The position numbers and the translations under genes were made by a program. The notes beneath the pieces are model-generated. The model did no database searches. It was not told the DNA's origin and worked only from the letters and a program-made list of their open reading frames with translations. From a virus (taxonomy: Duplodnaviria > Caudoviricetes), in IMG/VR virus record IMGVR_UViG_3300022822_000020, positions 1 to 59,528 of that record: 59,528 nt of DNA. One strand, 5' to 3'. Below, in pieces: positions 17,482 to 25,444 of this stretch (position 1 is the stretch's first letter; each line of letters starts with the position of its first letter).

Positions 17482-18001
17482 TCAGGGTGTATTAACCCTT
17501 TGCGATGAGATTTCTTTAGAGTCAGCAATGCCTATTGCTAATGCGCTCCTTGAATATAACTTAATGGATGAGAGAGATGCACCACCGCATATTACTTTGT
17601 TCGTTAATTCTACTGGGGGTGATTTATTCGCCACATATCATCTAATTGATATGATCAAGCAATCGGACATACCAGTTCACACTTTAGGTATAGGCTGTAT
17701 TGCTTCTGGTGGTATTATGTTGTTAATGGCTGGCAAAAAGGGTCATCGTTTTGTTACTGAAAACACTTACTTAATGAGTCATCAGTATTCCACCGGTGTA
17801 TTTGGTAAAGAACACGAGCTGCGTGCTTCAGTATACGAGCTAGAGTTGCAATCTAAACGTATGGTTAATCACTATGTTAAGTGTACAAAGAAGTCTGAAG
17901 CTTATGTTCGAAAGCATTTGCTGCATCAATCAGATATTAGTATTAGTCCCCAAGATGCCGTAAAACACGGTATTGTGGATAAAATCTTAGCAGTGTATTA
18001 A
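17345..18001 (+). CDS. ClpP-like serine protease (peptidase S14)
   Basis: ITLFVNSTGGD, IASGG (catalytic Ser), MSHQ (His), SD..ISPQDAVKHGIVDKI; start uncertain (17345/17393/17402). Confidence 0.88.
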   Translation: MKNIAEQNSSTTLKTIMSQMKSSRKPVSKTNRNLRGGVSQELELFDQGVLTLCDEISLESAMPIANALLEYNLMDERDAPPHITLFVNSTGGDLFATYHLIDMIKQSDIPVHTLGIGCIASGGIMLLMAGKKGHRFVTENTYLMSHQYSTGVFGKEHELRASVYELELQSKRMVNHYVKCTKKSEAYVRKHLLHQSDISISPQDAVKHGIVDKILAVY

Positions 18002-18005
18002 ATTT

Positions 18006-18032
18006 AGGGAAGCCTTCGGGTTTCCCTTTTTT
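18006..18032 (+). terminator. Intrinsic terminator at the end of the replication module
   Basis: AGGGAAGCC-TTCG-GGTTTCCCT plus T tract. Confidence 0.88.
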
Positions 18033-18048
18033 ATCAAAAAGGTTAGTT

Positions 18049-18402
18049 ATGCGAGTATTTGTCTACTACAATCTTCACAAAGAGTGCTTTAGTATTAAAG
18101 CCCTTGAAGGTCCTAACAAAAATAAGGTAATTGGATATCGAGATGAAGTTGATTTAATTGATGTTGAATTTAAGGTAAGCCAAGCAGGAAGGGCACGTGT
18201 ACTTAGGGAGCATAAGAAGAATGTTCACGCAGGTGCTACAGGTGAGCTGATTAGACCTATTGTTTGTAGTAAAGAATTAATAGAAGTAACTTACAACCCC
18301 TACGTTAATGAAACTTTTGTTAATAGGAAAAATAAAAAGCCGGTTACAAAGGCTTTATATGCTTTACTAACAAAAAAGAAAATCTTTATACAAGTAAAAT
18401 GA
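18049..18402 (+). CDS. Conserved hypothetical phage protein
   Basis: VYYNLHKECFSI...FKVSQAGRARVLREHKKNVHA...YNPY. Confidence 0.75.
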   Translation: MRVFVYYNLHKECFSIKALEGPNKNKVIGYRDEVDLIDVEFKVSQAGRARVLREHKKNVHAGATGELIRPIVCSKELIEVTYNPYVNETFVNRKNKKPVTKALYALLTKKKIFIQVK

Positions 18403-19118
18403 AAAAACCTACTGGATACGTAATATACGAAGGGTCTTCTCTTTTAAACGGAGAGCCAATAGTTGCAATACTTACACTTAAATCAGCTAATGTAAAGACC
18501 GGTGATGTAGCGACTGTATGGTACTTACATCAAAATATTAACCCCATTGAAGCAAAACAGACTGGAGCAGACAAAGCAATTTGTGGCAGCTGTCCACATA
18601 TGAAAGGTAGCTGTTATGTTCAAGTTTATCAGGCCCCTAATAACATTTTTAAATCATACAAAAAAGGTATTTATCCAAAAGAAAAACCTGAAAATCTTGT
18701 TGGGATGTTTAGTAGTATTAGATTTGGCGGTTATGGTGATAGTGCTTCAGTACCTACCCCTGTTAACAAGTCTTTAATAACCGACAATTTAAAAACAGTC
18801 TTAGGCTATACTCATCAATGGAAAAGTAAAACCTTTGATCCAGAAAACCTTGATTTTTGTCAGGCTAGCGTAGATACTCTAAAGGATGTTGAATTATTTA
18901 AGAGAAAGTTCCCTAATAAATTCTATTTTAGGGTTACTAGAAATATTGACAAAGCTTTACCAATAAATGAAGTTGTCTGCAAAAATGTAGTAGACCCCAC
19001 TATCAAGTGTAATACTTGTGGTATATGTAATGGAAATAAGGCTAATGTTGTTGTGCCGGTTCATGGTGCAACCAGCATTATAAATGTGTTTAAGAATAAC
19101 TTTAAGGAAGATAAATGA
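18399..19118 (+). CDS. Cys-rich conserved phage protein (possibly GP88-like)
   Basis: NVKTGD, ICGSCPH..GSCYV, IRFGGYGD, GYTHQW, C..CGIC motifs. Confidence 0.6.
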   Translation: MKKPTGYVIYEGSSLLNGEPIVAILTLKSANVKTGDVATVWYLHQNINPIEAKQTGADKAICGSCPHMKGSCYVQVYQAPNNIFKSYKKGIYPKEKPENLVGMFSSIRFGGYGDSASVPTPVNKSLITDNLKTVLGYTHQWKSKTFDPENLDFCQASVDTLKDVELFKRKFPNKFYFRVTRNIDKALPINEVVCKNVVDPTIKCNTCGICNGNKANVVVPVHGATSIINVFKNNFKEDK

Positions 19119-19306
19119 CAGATCAAGAATACAAACAAATTGATAATTTGGCTAAGATGTTAATTAAAGCACCAACTCACAGTGATTTAAATGATGACTT
19201 TAATCAAGGGATATCTTATGCAGGTGATCAATTACGAACTTTGATTCAAGAAATGCACACCCCAAGGCAGGTTGCTTGCTTATTGAAAGGAAAAGAGAGT
19301 GTTTAA
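19115..19306 (+). CDS. Hypothetical protein
   Basis: ORF track; SD AAGGAAG. Confidence 0.6.
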   Translation: MTDQEYKQIDNLAKMLIKAPTHSDLNDDFNQGISYAGDQLRTLIQEMHTPRQVACLLKGKESV

Positions 19307-19661
19307 AGTAAAACGTTGTGGTGATGATACTCTCGTAGATATCTTATCTCTTTCAACTAAAGAGGATTGTCAGAAGTTAGCTGATTGTTTATTTGGCTTC
19401 CCTGTTTATGTAGAGTCACTAGTACCTACTTCTTTTCTTGACTCTTTGGAAGAACAAGAAATGGAAAGAGTTAGAGACCCTAATTGGAAAGCTATGTGGT
19501 GGCACGTTGATGATGTTCGCTGTAGTAGCTCAAACGAATTAACGGATTACGATTGTCAAAGCATATTAGACATTGCAATTTACGCGCATAACCCAGAATA
19601 TGGTTTTTCATGGGATTCATTACGCGCTGCTGAAGAAGTATACTTAAGGGATTACAAATGA
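19299..19661 (+). CDS. Hypothetical protein
   Basis: ORF track; GTG start with AAGGA SD. Confidence 0.6.
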   Translation: MFKVKRCGDDTLVDILSLSTKEDCQKLADCLFGFPVYVESLVPTSFLDSLEEQEMERVRDPNWKAMWWHVDDVRCSSSNELTDYDCQSILDIAIYAHNPEYGFSWDSLRAAEEVYLRDYK

Positions 19662-19855
19662 CTCAAAAGCTAGCTGATTATATTGCCCAGTACCTACATT
19701 ATGAAGTTGAAGAATTTGATATTGACTTAAACATGGAAGAAACAAGCTTCCTTGCTTACTTAATTCAAAATGCGATAGAGGCCTACGAGGGCGGGGCGGC
19801 TGAAGAAGAAGACGATGAGCACACTACAGCAATTAACTGCAATAATATACTCTAA
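19658..19855 (+). CDS. Small acidic hypothetical protein
   Basis: ORF track; ATGA overlap. Confidence 0.6.
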   Translation: MTQKLADYIAQYLHYEVEEFDIDLNMEETSFLAYLIQNAIEAYEGGAAEEEDDEHTTAINCNNIL

Positions 19856-20123
19856 AAAAGGCAGTATACTAGCGGTTGGGAAAAACAGTTATACAAAGAC
19901 ACACCCTTATCAAGCACATTGTGCAAGTAAAGTAGGTGAGCCAAATAAAGTGTATCTTCATGCTGAAATTGATGCAATAATTAAATGTAAAGATATCAGT
20001 AAAGCGCACAGAATATCTGTATTTAGGTTAGGTGCGAATGGTATGTATTTAAATGCTAGGCCATGCAAAATCTGTATGAGTGCAATTGAAAGCACTGGTA
20101 TTTTAATCATTGAACACACATAG
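19815..20123 (+). CDS. Second zinc-dependent deaminase-fold protein
   Basis: LHAEIDAI and ARPCKIC motifs. Confidence 0.75.
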   Translation: MSTLQQLTAIIYSKKGSILAVGKNSYTKTHPYQAHCASKVGEPNKVYLHAEIDAIIKCKDISKAHRISVFRLGANGMYLNARPCKICMSAIESTGILIIEHT

Positions 20124-20131
20124 GAAATAAA

Positions 20132-20551
20132 ATGTCAAAAGTTATAAGATTAAGTTTGCTTGAAGCGGTATCAAAAGCTAAGGCGAAGCTTGGAAGTCTA
20201 GAAGCAGCTAATGAGAAGGGTTGTGTTGAACACTCATTCGTAGCAATATGGCTTTCTTTAAAGGGAATGATTAACGATAATGGCTTTGAGTTGTCTTATG
20301 GGCTTACTAACTATGTTCGCAGAGAGCTTAATAAAGAGTTAGATCTATTAGGTTTTCCAAAAGATAGAGAAAATACTGCTAAAACTAAAAATAAGGGTAT
20401 AGTACAACAAAATGAGAGATTTCTCTGGTTATGTTTCCTAGAAGACTACTTTACTTGTAATGACGTAATTATTAGGTCTTTCTCAGAGCAATGTAATAAA
20501 CCCGTAATTACACACAAACGCAATCGACTTGCAGGAACTACTAGCATATGA
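20132..20551 (+). CDS. Hypothetical protein (RFLWLCFLE motif, paralogous to 24234..24590)
   Basis: ORF track; SD AGGA. Confidence 0.65.
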   Translation: MSKVIRLSLLEAVSKAKAKLGSLEAANEKGCVEHSFVAIWLSLKGMINDNGFELSYGLTNYVRRELNKELDLLGFPKDRENTAKTKNKGIVQQNERFLWLCFLEDYFTCNDVIIRSFSEQCNKPVITHKRNRLAGTTSI

Positions 20552-20703
20552 ACAGAGAAGAATTAATAATGGATAGTACTCAGTACTGCTGCTATTGTGG
20601 GTGCGAGAAGGCACGGTTCCAATGCTGTGGTGAAAACCACTTTCAGACATTTACCGAGATGCGCCCTGATGAGCAAGATGAGTTTTTGGACAACGAGGAG
20701 TAA
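20548..20703 (+). CDS. Small Cys-rich protein, 51 aa (YCCYCG..RFQCCGENHF)
   Basis: ATGA overlap at 20548, TAA 20701-20703; not in the track. Confidence 0.7.
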   Translation: MNREELIMDSTQYCCYCGCEKARFQCCGENHFQTFTEMRPDEQDEFLDNEE

Positions 20704-20705
20704 GT

Positions 20706-21149
20706 ATGATTAAAACATCAGAACTGACAGGCTCCGCCCTTGACTGGGTAGTGGCGAAGTGTGAGGGGTTTGATACTCGCAACAACATGTGTGTATGGTA
20801 CATACCCTCCGAGGCGGACAGTGATGACGTGATGCACTTTGAGTGCATGGCAGACGATAAAAACCACGCATTAGAACAGTGCCAAGGCGCTTACCCTAGC
20901 TGCGTTGTCACTAGTATCGGGCGCATTGACGACGAGTACACCCCATCAACCGATTGGGCGCAAGCTGGGCCAATCATCGAACGGGAAAAGATAGGTTTAT
21001 TTTTCGATCGTGCTTGTGGTAATCGCTGGCGGGCAAGCCATATAACTGCACACTATCAGATAGCCCAAACGCCACTCATCGCAGCCATGCGCTGTTACGC
21101 GGCAAGCAAACTCGGCGACACCGTCGAGATACCAAAGGAGTTGACATGA
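20706..21149 (+). CDS. DUF2591/NinX-like phage protein
   Basis: ELTGSALDWVVAKCEG...YTPSTDWAQAGPIIERE...PLIAAMRCY..SKLGDTVEIP. Confidence 0.75.
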   Translation: MIKTSELTGSALDWVVAKCEGFDTRNNMCVWYIPSEADSDDVMHFECMADDKNHALEQCQGAYPSCVVTSIGRIDDEYTPSTDWAQAGPIIEREKIGLFFDRACGNRWRASHITAHYQIAQTPLIAAMRCYAASKLGDTVEIPKELT

Positions 21150-21379
21150 CACAAAAAATCAAAATTTCAACATCAAAACGGATTGCTCGATCTGTTTTGA
21201 TGTATCTCAATAGCTGTGTTGACCCGCAAGCGGTCGATATAAACGACCAAGTTGACGGATGGTTGGCTGAAATCGGGCTGGGATGGAAGCTGAAAGAAGG
21301 ATCTTATATCGACGGTATCGCGTGTCAATTCATCGGGGTGCTTACGCGTGATATTCGACGCATGGCCGTACGGAGATAA
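21146..21379 (+). CDS. Hypothetical protein
   Basis: ORF track; SD AAGGAG. Confidence 0.65.
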   Translation: MTQKIKISTSKRIARSVLMYLNSCVDPQAVDINDQVDGWLAEIGLGWKLKEGSYIDGIACQFIGVLTRDIRRMAVRR

Positions 21380-21383
21380 CACC

Positions 21384-21452
21384 ATGAACGAACGAATTAA
21401 ACAACTTGCAGCTCGTGCAGATTTACTAAAACATTTTGGAGAAGAATTATGA
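21384..21452 (+). CDS. 22-aa mini-ORF MNERIKQLAARADLLKHFGEEL
   Basis: SD GGAG upstream; stop overlaps next ATG (ATGA). Confidence 0.5.
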   Translation: MNERIKQLAARADLLKHFGEEL

Positions 21453-21736
21453 GCGGCGGGCATTTTAATTACACACAGTATCAATTAACTCAAATTGCTG
21501 ATGACATTGAGCAACTAATTATAAATAATGATAATGAAGAGTGGAATGAGTGGGGGGATGTTACAAATCATCACTATACAGCAGAAACTATTTCGGCATT
21601 TCAAACCGCAGTCGATATGTTGAGGCAATCTTATACATATGTTAAACGGGTGGATTGGTTAGTGTCTGGGGATGATGGCGAAGAAGATTTTCATACGCGC
21701 TTACGAAAAGAATTAAGGGAGAAGAATTATGATTGA
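21449..21736 (+). CDS. Conserved hypothetical phage protein
   Basis: MSGGHFNY...RVDWLVSGDDGEEDF. Confidence 0.75.
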   Translation: MSGGHFNYTQYQLTQIADDIEQLIINNDNEEWNEWGDVTNHHYTAETISAFQTAVDMLRQSYTYVKRVDWLVSGDDGEEDFHTRLRKELREKNYD

Positions 21737-22190
21737 ATATCAAGTCAAAGTTAGTAAATCTGGAACAGAGTGGTATCTTAATGGTAAAAGACATCGTGAA
21801 GATGGCCCAGCAATTGAGTGGTCAAGGGGTTGTAAGGAGTGGTGGTTGAATAACCAACTGCATCGTGAAGATGGACCAGCTGTTGAGTCGAGCAATGGTC
21901 ACAAGTCGTGGTTCTTGAAGGACCGGCTACATCGTGAAGATGGACCAGCTATTGAGTCAAGCAACGGTGACAAGTCGTGGTTCTTGAATGGAGTGGAAGT
22001 AACCGAAACGGATGTGATGACCCCTGTCAAACAACCAATCAGACATAAGCCTTGGGCTGGGTTAACTGAGGAGGAGGTGGAGCAGATTGTTGATAACAAT
22101 ACACTTTATAGAGAAGGCTACCAATTCGGGTGTAGCGGTAAGGGTGTTGCTCAGGGAGTTGAAGCTAGGTTGCGGGAGAAGAACACGTGA
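21729..22190 (+). CDS. HREDGPA-repeat protein with C-terminal W(A/V)GLT..E module
   Basis: Three 22-aa HREDGPA(I/V)E repeats; ends VEARLREKNT. Confidence 0.75.
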   Translation: MIEYQVKVSKSGTEWYLNGKRHREDGPAIEWSRGCKEWWLNNQLHREDGPAVESSNGHKSWFLKDRLHREDGPAIESSNGDKSWFLNGVEVTETDVMTPVKQPIRHKPWAGLTEEEVEQIVDNNTLYREGYQFGCSGKGVAQGVEARLREKNT

Positions 22191-22453
22191 GATGTATTGT
22201 TAAAGATTGTGAAAACCACTCTAATGAAGGTAAATTTAAGGGGGTTTTATGTTATCCATGTCATGCGTTTATTACGAACGGCGAAGGTGTTCACTCACAA
22301 GTCTATAGAAATACAAAGCGTGAATGGGTTGGGCTAACAGCAGAAGACTACGACTCAATGCGTCCCCGTGTGCCGTACACCGTCAATGATTTTGCGCTCG
22401 CAGATGTCGCAGCAATTGTTGAAGCAAAACTTAAGGGGAAGAATTATGGCTAA
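22187..22453 (+). CDS. Cys-rich N-terminus plus REWVGLT module protein
   Basis: ORF track; GTGA overlap. Confidence 0.65.
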   Translation: MRCIVKDCENHSNEGKFKGVLCYPCHAFITNGEGVHSQVYRNTKREWVGLTAEDYDSMRPRVPYTVNDFALADVAAIVEAKLKGKNYG

Positions 22454-22679
22454 TTTAGAAGTTATGAAGCCATGTCCTTTTGATGGGAACCAGCCCGAAA
22501 TGAAACATAAGGATGGTTCATGTGGATATTCCCCGGGGCAATACTACCTTTCCTGCGTCTGCGGGTGTAGTTCGCCCAAATTTGACGATGAAAAATGGAC
22601 AAAGAGGAAGGGAACTATTAGTATTTCCGACGAGGCAAAACAATCTGCGTTACTTTGGTGGAATAGGAGGAACACATGA
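22446..22679 (+). CDS. Lar-like (restriction alleviation family) zinc-finger protein
   Basis: KPCPFDG...CVCG...A..WWNRR; SD before ATG 22446 preferred over track start 22368. Confidence 0.6.
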   Translation: MANLEVMKPCPFDGNQPEMKHKDGSCGYSPGQYYLSCVCGCSSPKFDDEKWTKRKGTISISDEAKQSALLWWNRRNT

Positions 22680-22873
22680 CTGAGCGAATTGTCACGGACG
22701 CCAACGGGCACAACCACCTCACTACAGAGCCAATGCTTCACCAGCCAAAGCGTGAATGGGTTGGGCTGACGGATGAGGAAATCTGGAGTGTTTATAAGCA
22801 AGTGGACTCAATGCAATATATGGAATTTTCTCACGCCATTGAAGCCAAATTAAAGGAGAAGAATTATAGCTAA
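22676..22873 (+). CDS. REWVGLT module protein
   Basis: KREWVGLTDEEI...IEAKLKEKN; SD GGAGG. Confidence 0.7.
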   Translation: MTERIVTDANGHNHLTTEPMLHQPKREWVGLTDEEIWSVYKQVDSMQYMEFSHAIEAKLKEKNYS

Positions 22874-23066
22874 AGTAACATTACTACCTAGGGATGTAGA
22901 AAAGATTAAAGAGATCATTGAACTAAACAACATTGTATCTGACATAACAGTCGAATGTGATAGCAGCTCAGGTATCGGGTCTATCATAACAATGAGTTGG
23001 GAAGAAGAACACAACGGACTAAACACCAAAATGACTATTGAACTTTCAGGCGTGGAGAATTGGTGA
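22866..23066 (+). CDS. 66-aa ORF with ATA in place of ATG (IAKVTLLPRD...DSSSGIGS...SGVENW)
   Basis: AAGGAGAAGAATT-ATA in the same context where neighbours have ATG; open to TGA 23064-23066. Confidence 0.6.
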   Translation: MAKVTLLPRDVEKIKEIIELNNIVSDITVECDSSSGIGSIITMSWEEEHNGLNTKMTIELSGVENW

Positions 23067-23308
23067 TGGACTATGAGGAAATAGGCGCTGAGATGCGTAA
23101 TGAAAAGGATGCTTTAATACTGCAAGGTCTTGTTAAAGAGCTCTTTGATAAGTATTTAAACCGAGTGGAAGAGAGTGATAGCGGTACTGAGTTCAGCCCT
23201 ATTACACTTAGCTGTTGTAGGGTTATGATGTTAGAGCCGTTGAATGATTTATTAACAAGGATGGCAAAGCTGTCTGGTGCAAAGGCGAAGGTGACTTATG
23301 AACTTTAA
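23060..23308 (+). CDS. Hypothetical protein
   Basis: ORF track; start may be ATG 23066. Confidence 0.65.
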   Translation: MVMDYEEIGAEMRNEKDALILQGLVKELFDKYLNRVEESDSGTEFSPITLSCCRVMMLEPLNDLLTRMAKLSGAKAKVTYEL

Positions 23309-23522
23309 AATAACAATATGTGATGGTGACGTGGATAAGATTACTGTTTCCAACTTACAGGAGACATTAAAAAACTTACAAGAGGATTTATCTCGTAGAG
23401 AACACAACAAAGGGTACGCCATCTTTGTGTTAGACAAGGAAAGAGACGTTATAGAGATTAACAAACGAATAAACGCTACTAGTATTATGATTGATTATTT
23501 TGTAGGAGCTATAGATGAATGA
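23298..23522 (+). CDS. Hypothetical protein
   Basis: ORF track; SD AAGGTG. Confidence 0.6.
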   Translation: MNFKITICDGDVDKITVSNLQETLKNLQEDLSRREHNKGYAIFVLDKERDVIEINKRINATSIMIDYFVGAIDE

Positions 23523-23850
23523 TGAAGGAACGGGCAACGTGAGCCTATTACGTGAGAACGAAGATGGCAGTGCTGTCTACCAGTTTGACTTTCCACCAGA
23601 GGCACTAGCAGCCTTGACGCGGTTAGGCATACTCACTGCTATAAAGGCAGGTATTAGTGAAGCTAAGAAACTAGCACCTGATTATGAAGCTGACCTAGAG
23701 TTCACAGAGGAGATTAAAAGCTTGGCTGAAGAGGCTGGATTTTGTATGTGGCAGGATGAGAGTTACAAGCCGGAGGGTGAGGTGGTAGACTGGGCTTGTA
23801 AGTATGACAAAGAGTTAGTTAAATTTTATCATTTAGTTAGAGCAATGTAA
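23515..23850 (+). CDS. Hypothetical protein with RENEDGSA domain
   Basis: SD AGGAG; N-terminal domain paralogous to the C-terminus of 24858..25313. Confidence 0.7.
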   Translation: MNDEGTGNVSLLRENEDGSAVYQFDFPPEALAALTRLGILTAIKAGISEAKKLAPDYEADLEFTEEIKSLAEEAGFCMWQDESYKPEGEVVDWACKYDKELVKFYHLVRAM

Positions 23851-23854
23851 ACAT

Positions 23855-24130
23855 ATGAAAAAAGCAATAGCAACCGTGATATTGGTGTTAGCTAGCTTGT
23901 CAGCTTCGGCAGTAACTCTACCCTTAAAATGTAAGTTATATGACGATAGTGCGGAAAGACTTGCAAGGATGGAATATACTGTTATTATTCGATCACAGCT
24001 AGTTAATGTGTTTGGTATTGGTTCTACATGGCTAGTAGAATATCGTAATAAGAAAACAGGAAATGTAGCAGCTTTTGTATTAACTAAAGATAGTACTTGT
24101 TTGCTTTATGAGTATGCAACAACTCAATAA
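23855..24130 (+). CDS. Small secreted protein (signal peptide MKKAIATVILVLASLSASA)
   Basis: ORF track; Sec-type signal peptide. Confidence 0.7.
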   Translation: MKKAIATVILVLASLSASAVTLPLKCKLYDDSAERLARMEYTVIIRSQLVNVFGIGSTWLVEYRNKKTGNVAAFVLTKDSTCLLYEYATTQ

Positions 24131-24237
24131 ACGGTTAATAAAGCAAAGCACTTGATTATTATGATTCTATTTTCTTAAAGAATAATACAAAAAAAAAAAT
24201 GATAGATATATTTGAGTTAACTTAGGATATCAAATGA
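24114..24237 (+). pseudogene. Possible frameshifted small pseudogene MQQLNKRLIKQ/ALDYYDSIFLKNNTKKKMIDIFELT*DIK*
   Basis: One extra A joins two frames; premature TAG 24223-24225; final TGA overlaps ATG 24234; A11 run at 24189-24199. Confidence 0.3.
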
Positions 24238-24590
24238 TTTTAAAGATGAGTGACATTATTAAAGGCTCAAAGTTGCTACTATGGGATGGTACTGACCATG
24301 AGTCATATCATACAAGAAATGATAGTGAGCTAGAAGAATATAGCTGTTGCGCAGTTTATAACTCGGCGCAAAATATTACTAAGCAAAATGATGTTGATTT
24401 TCATTTAAGTGAAGATATCAAAATCATAACAGCAGAGTTAGTATTGGCTGGCTTACCAGATCCAACAAATATCTGTTTCGACTGTAATACAGAAGAAGAA
24501 ACTCAGGCAGTAAGATTTATTTGGCTCTGCTTTCTAGAGCTGTACTATAAAGAGAATGAAACAGTTATTGAGGAAAATGAAAATGCGTAA
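24234..24590 (+). CDS. Hypothetical protein (RFIWLCFLE motif)
   Basis: ORF track; SD AGGA. Confidence 0.65.
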   Translation: MILKMSDIIKGSKLLLWDGTDHESYHTRNDSELEEYSCCAVYNSAQNITKQNDVDFHLSEDIKIITAELVLAGLPDPTNICFDCNTEEETQAVRFIWLCFLELYYKENETVIEENENA

Positions 24591-24631
24591 TAGAGGAGCT
24601 TCCTATATATTTATACCTAATTGAAAAAATA

Positions 24632-24799
24632 ATGAAAGATAGAGTTATCTTTGGAGAAAATTACGACCTTGCTGGTTGGTACTTTGTTTTAGGTATAACA
24701 TTAGTCCCTGATGTCGGTACTCACAAGTGGTCATTAGGTTTTGAATTTGGTTTTTGGCATATTGTAATTGGGATTGGGGATAAAAGTGGAATTAAATGA
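24632..24799 (+). CDS. Small aromatic/hydrophobic protein, 55 aa (MKDRVIFGENYDLAGWYF...)
   Basis: Open frame filling an intergenic gap; weak SD. Confidence 0.45.
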   Translation: MKDRVIFGENYDLAGWYFVLGITLVPDVGTHKWSLGFEFGFWHIVIGIGDKSGIK

Positions 24800-24857
24800 T
24801 TTAATGCGACCCATCGAATAAATTAATTAAAAGATAATACTATGTTAAGTTACACAA

Positions 24858-25313
24858 ATGAAAAAGGAAATAATAATGCAAATTGAAGTTAATGATGAGA
24901 TGGTTGATCAGCTAGTTTTAGAAAATATCTCAAATACTTTAAGATCAATGGAAGCTGATCTTAAAAGTTACGAAGACCCTAATCATGGTTGGATAGCTAT
25001 CTTTGATACTAATGAAGAAGTCGATAAGGCCAAACTTCGTGAAATGAGAGCAGCACTACGCCTTGTAGTAGATTACTATGGTGGAAAAGACGTGGAAGCT
25101 TACGAAGATTACGAAGATTCAACTGAAGATGCTACATCAGAAAGTATTGGCTCCGTTAGCTTGATTCGTGAAAATGAAGACGGTAGTGCAGACTATTCAG
25201 TTAATCTACCATTAGAAGCGGCAGCTGCTCTTACTAGGCTTGGTATTTTAACAGCTTTGACAGCAGGTGTTGCAGATGCTAAGAGACTTAAACCTACAGA
25301 TGCCGTGGAGTAG
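24858..25313 (+). CDS. Two-domain hypothetical protein with C-terminal RENEDGSA domain
   Basis: ORF track; the second ATG (MQIEV) has AAGGA SD. Confidence 0.7.
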   Translation: MKKEIIMQIEVNDEMVDQLVLENISNTLRSMEADLKSYEDPNHGWIAIFDTNEEVDKAKLREMRAALRLVVDYYGGKDVEAYEDYEDSTEDATSESIGSVSLIRENEDGSADYSVNLPLEAAAALTRLGILTALTAGVADAKRLKPTDAVE

Positions 25314-25315
25314 TA

Positions 25316-25444
25316 ATGAAATTTATAATTAGCATAATTAGCGCGTTTATCTTGTTTTTTACGGTTTCTGTAGCAGGGCTAATCGGTATTGGCTTTCTCG
25401 ATGCAATAATAAACGAACCGTGGAGGTTTGTAGGAGATGATTAA
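25316..25444 (+). CDS. Small single-TM protein, 42 aa (MKFIISIISAFILFF...)
   Basis: SD GGAG, ATG 25316, TAA 25442-25444. Confidence 0.55.
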   Translation: MKFIISIISAFILFFTVSVAGLIGIGFLDAIINEPWRFVGDD

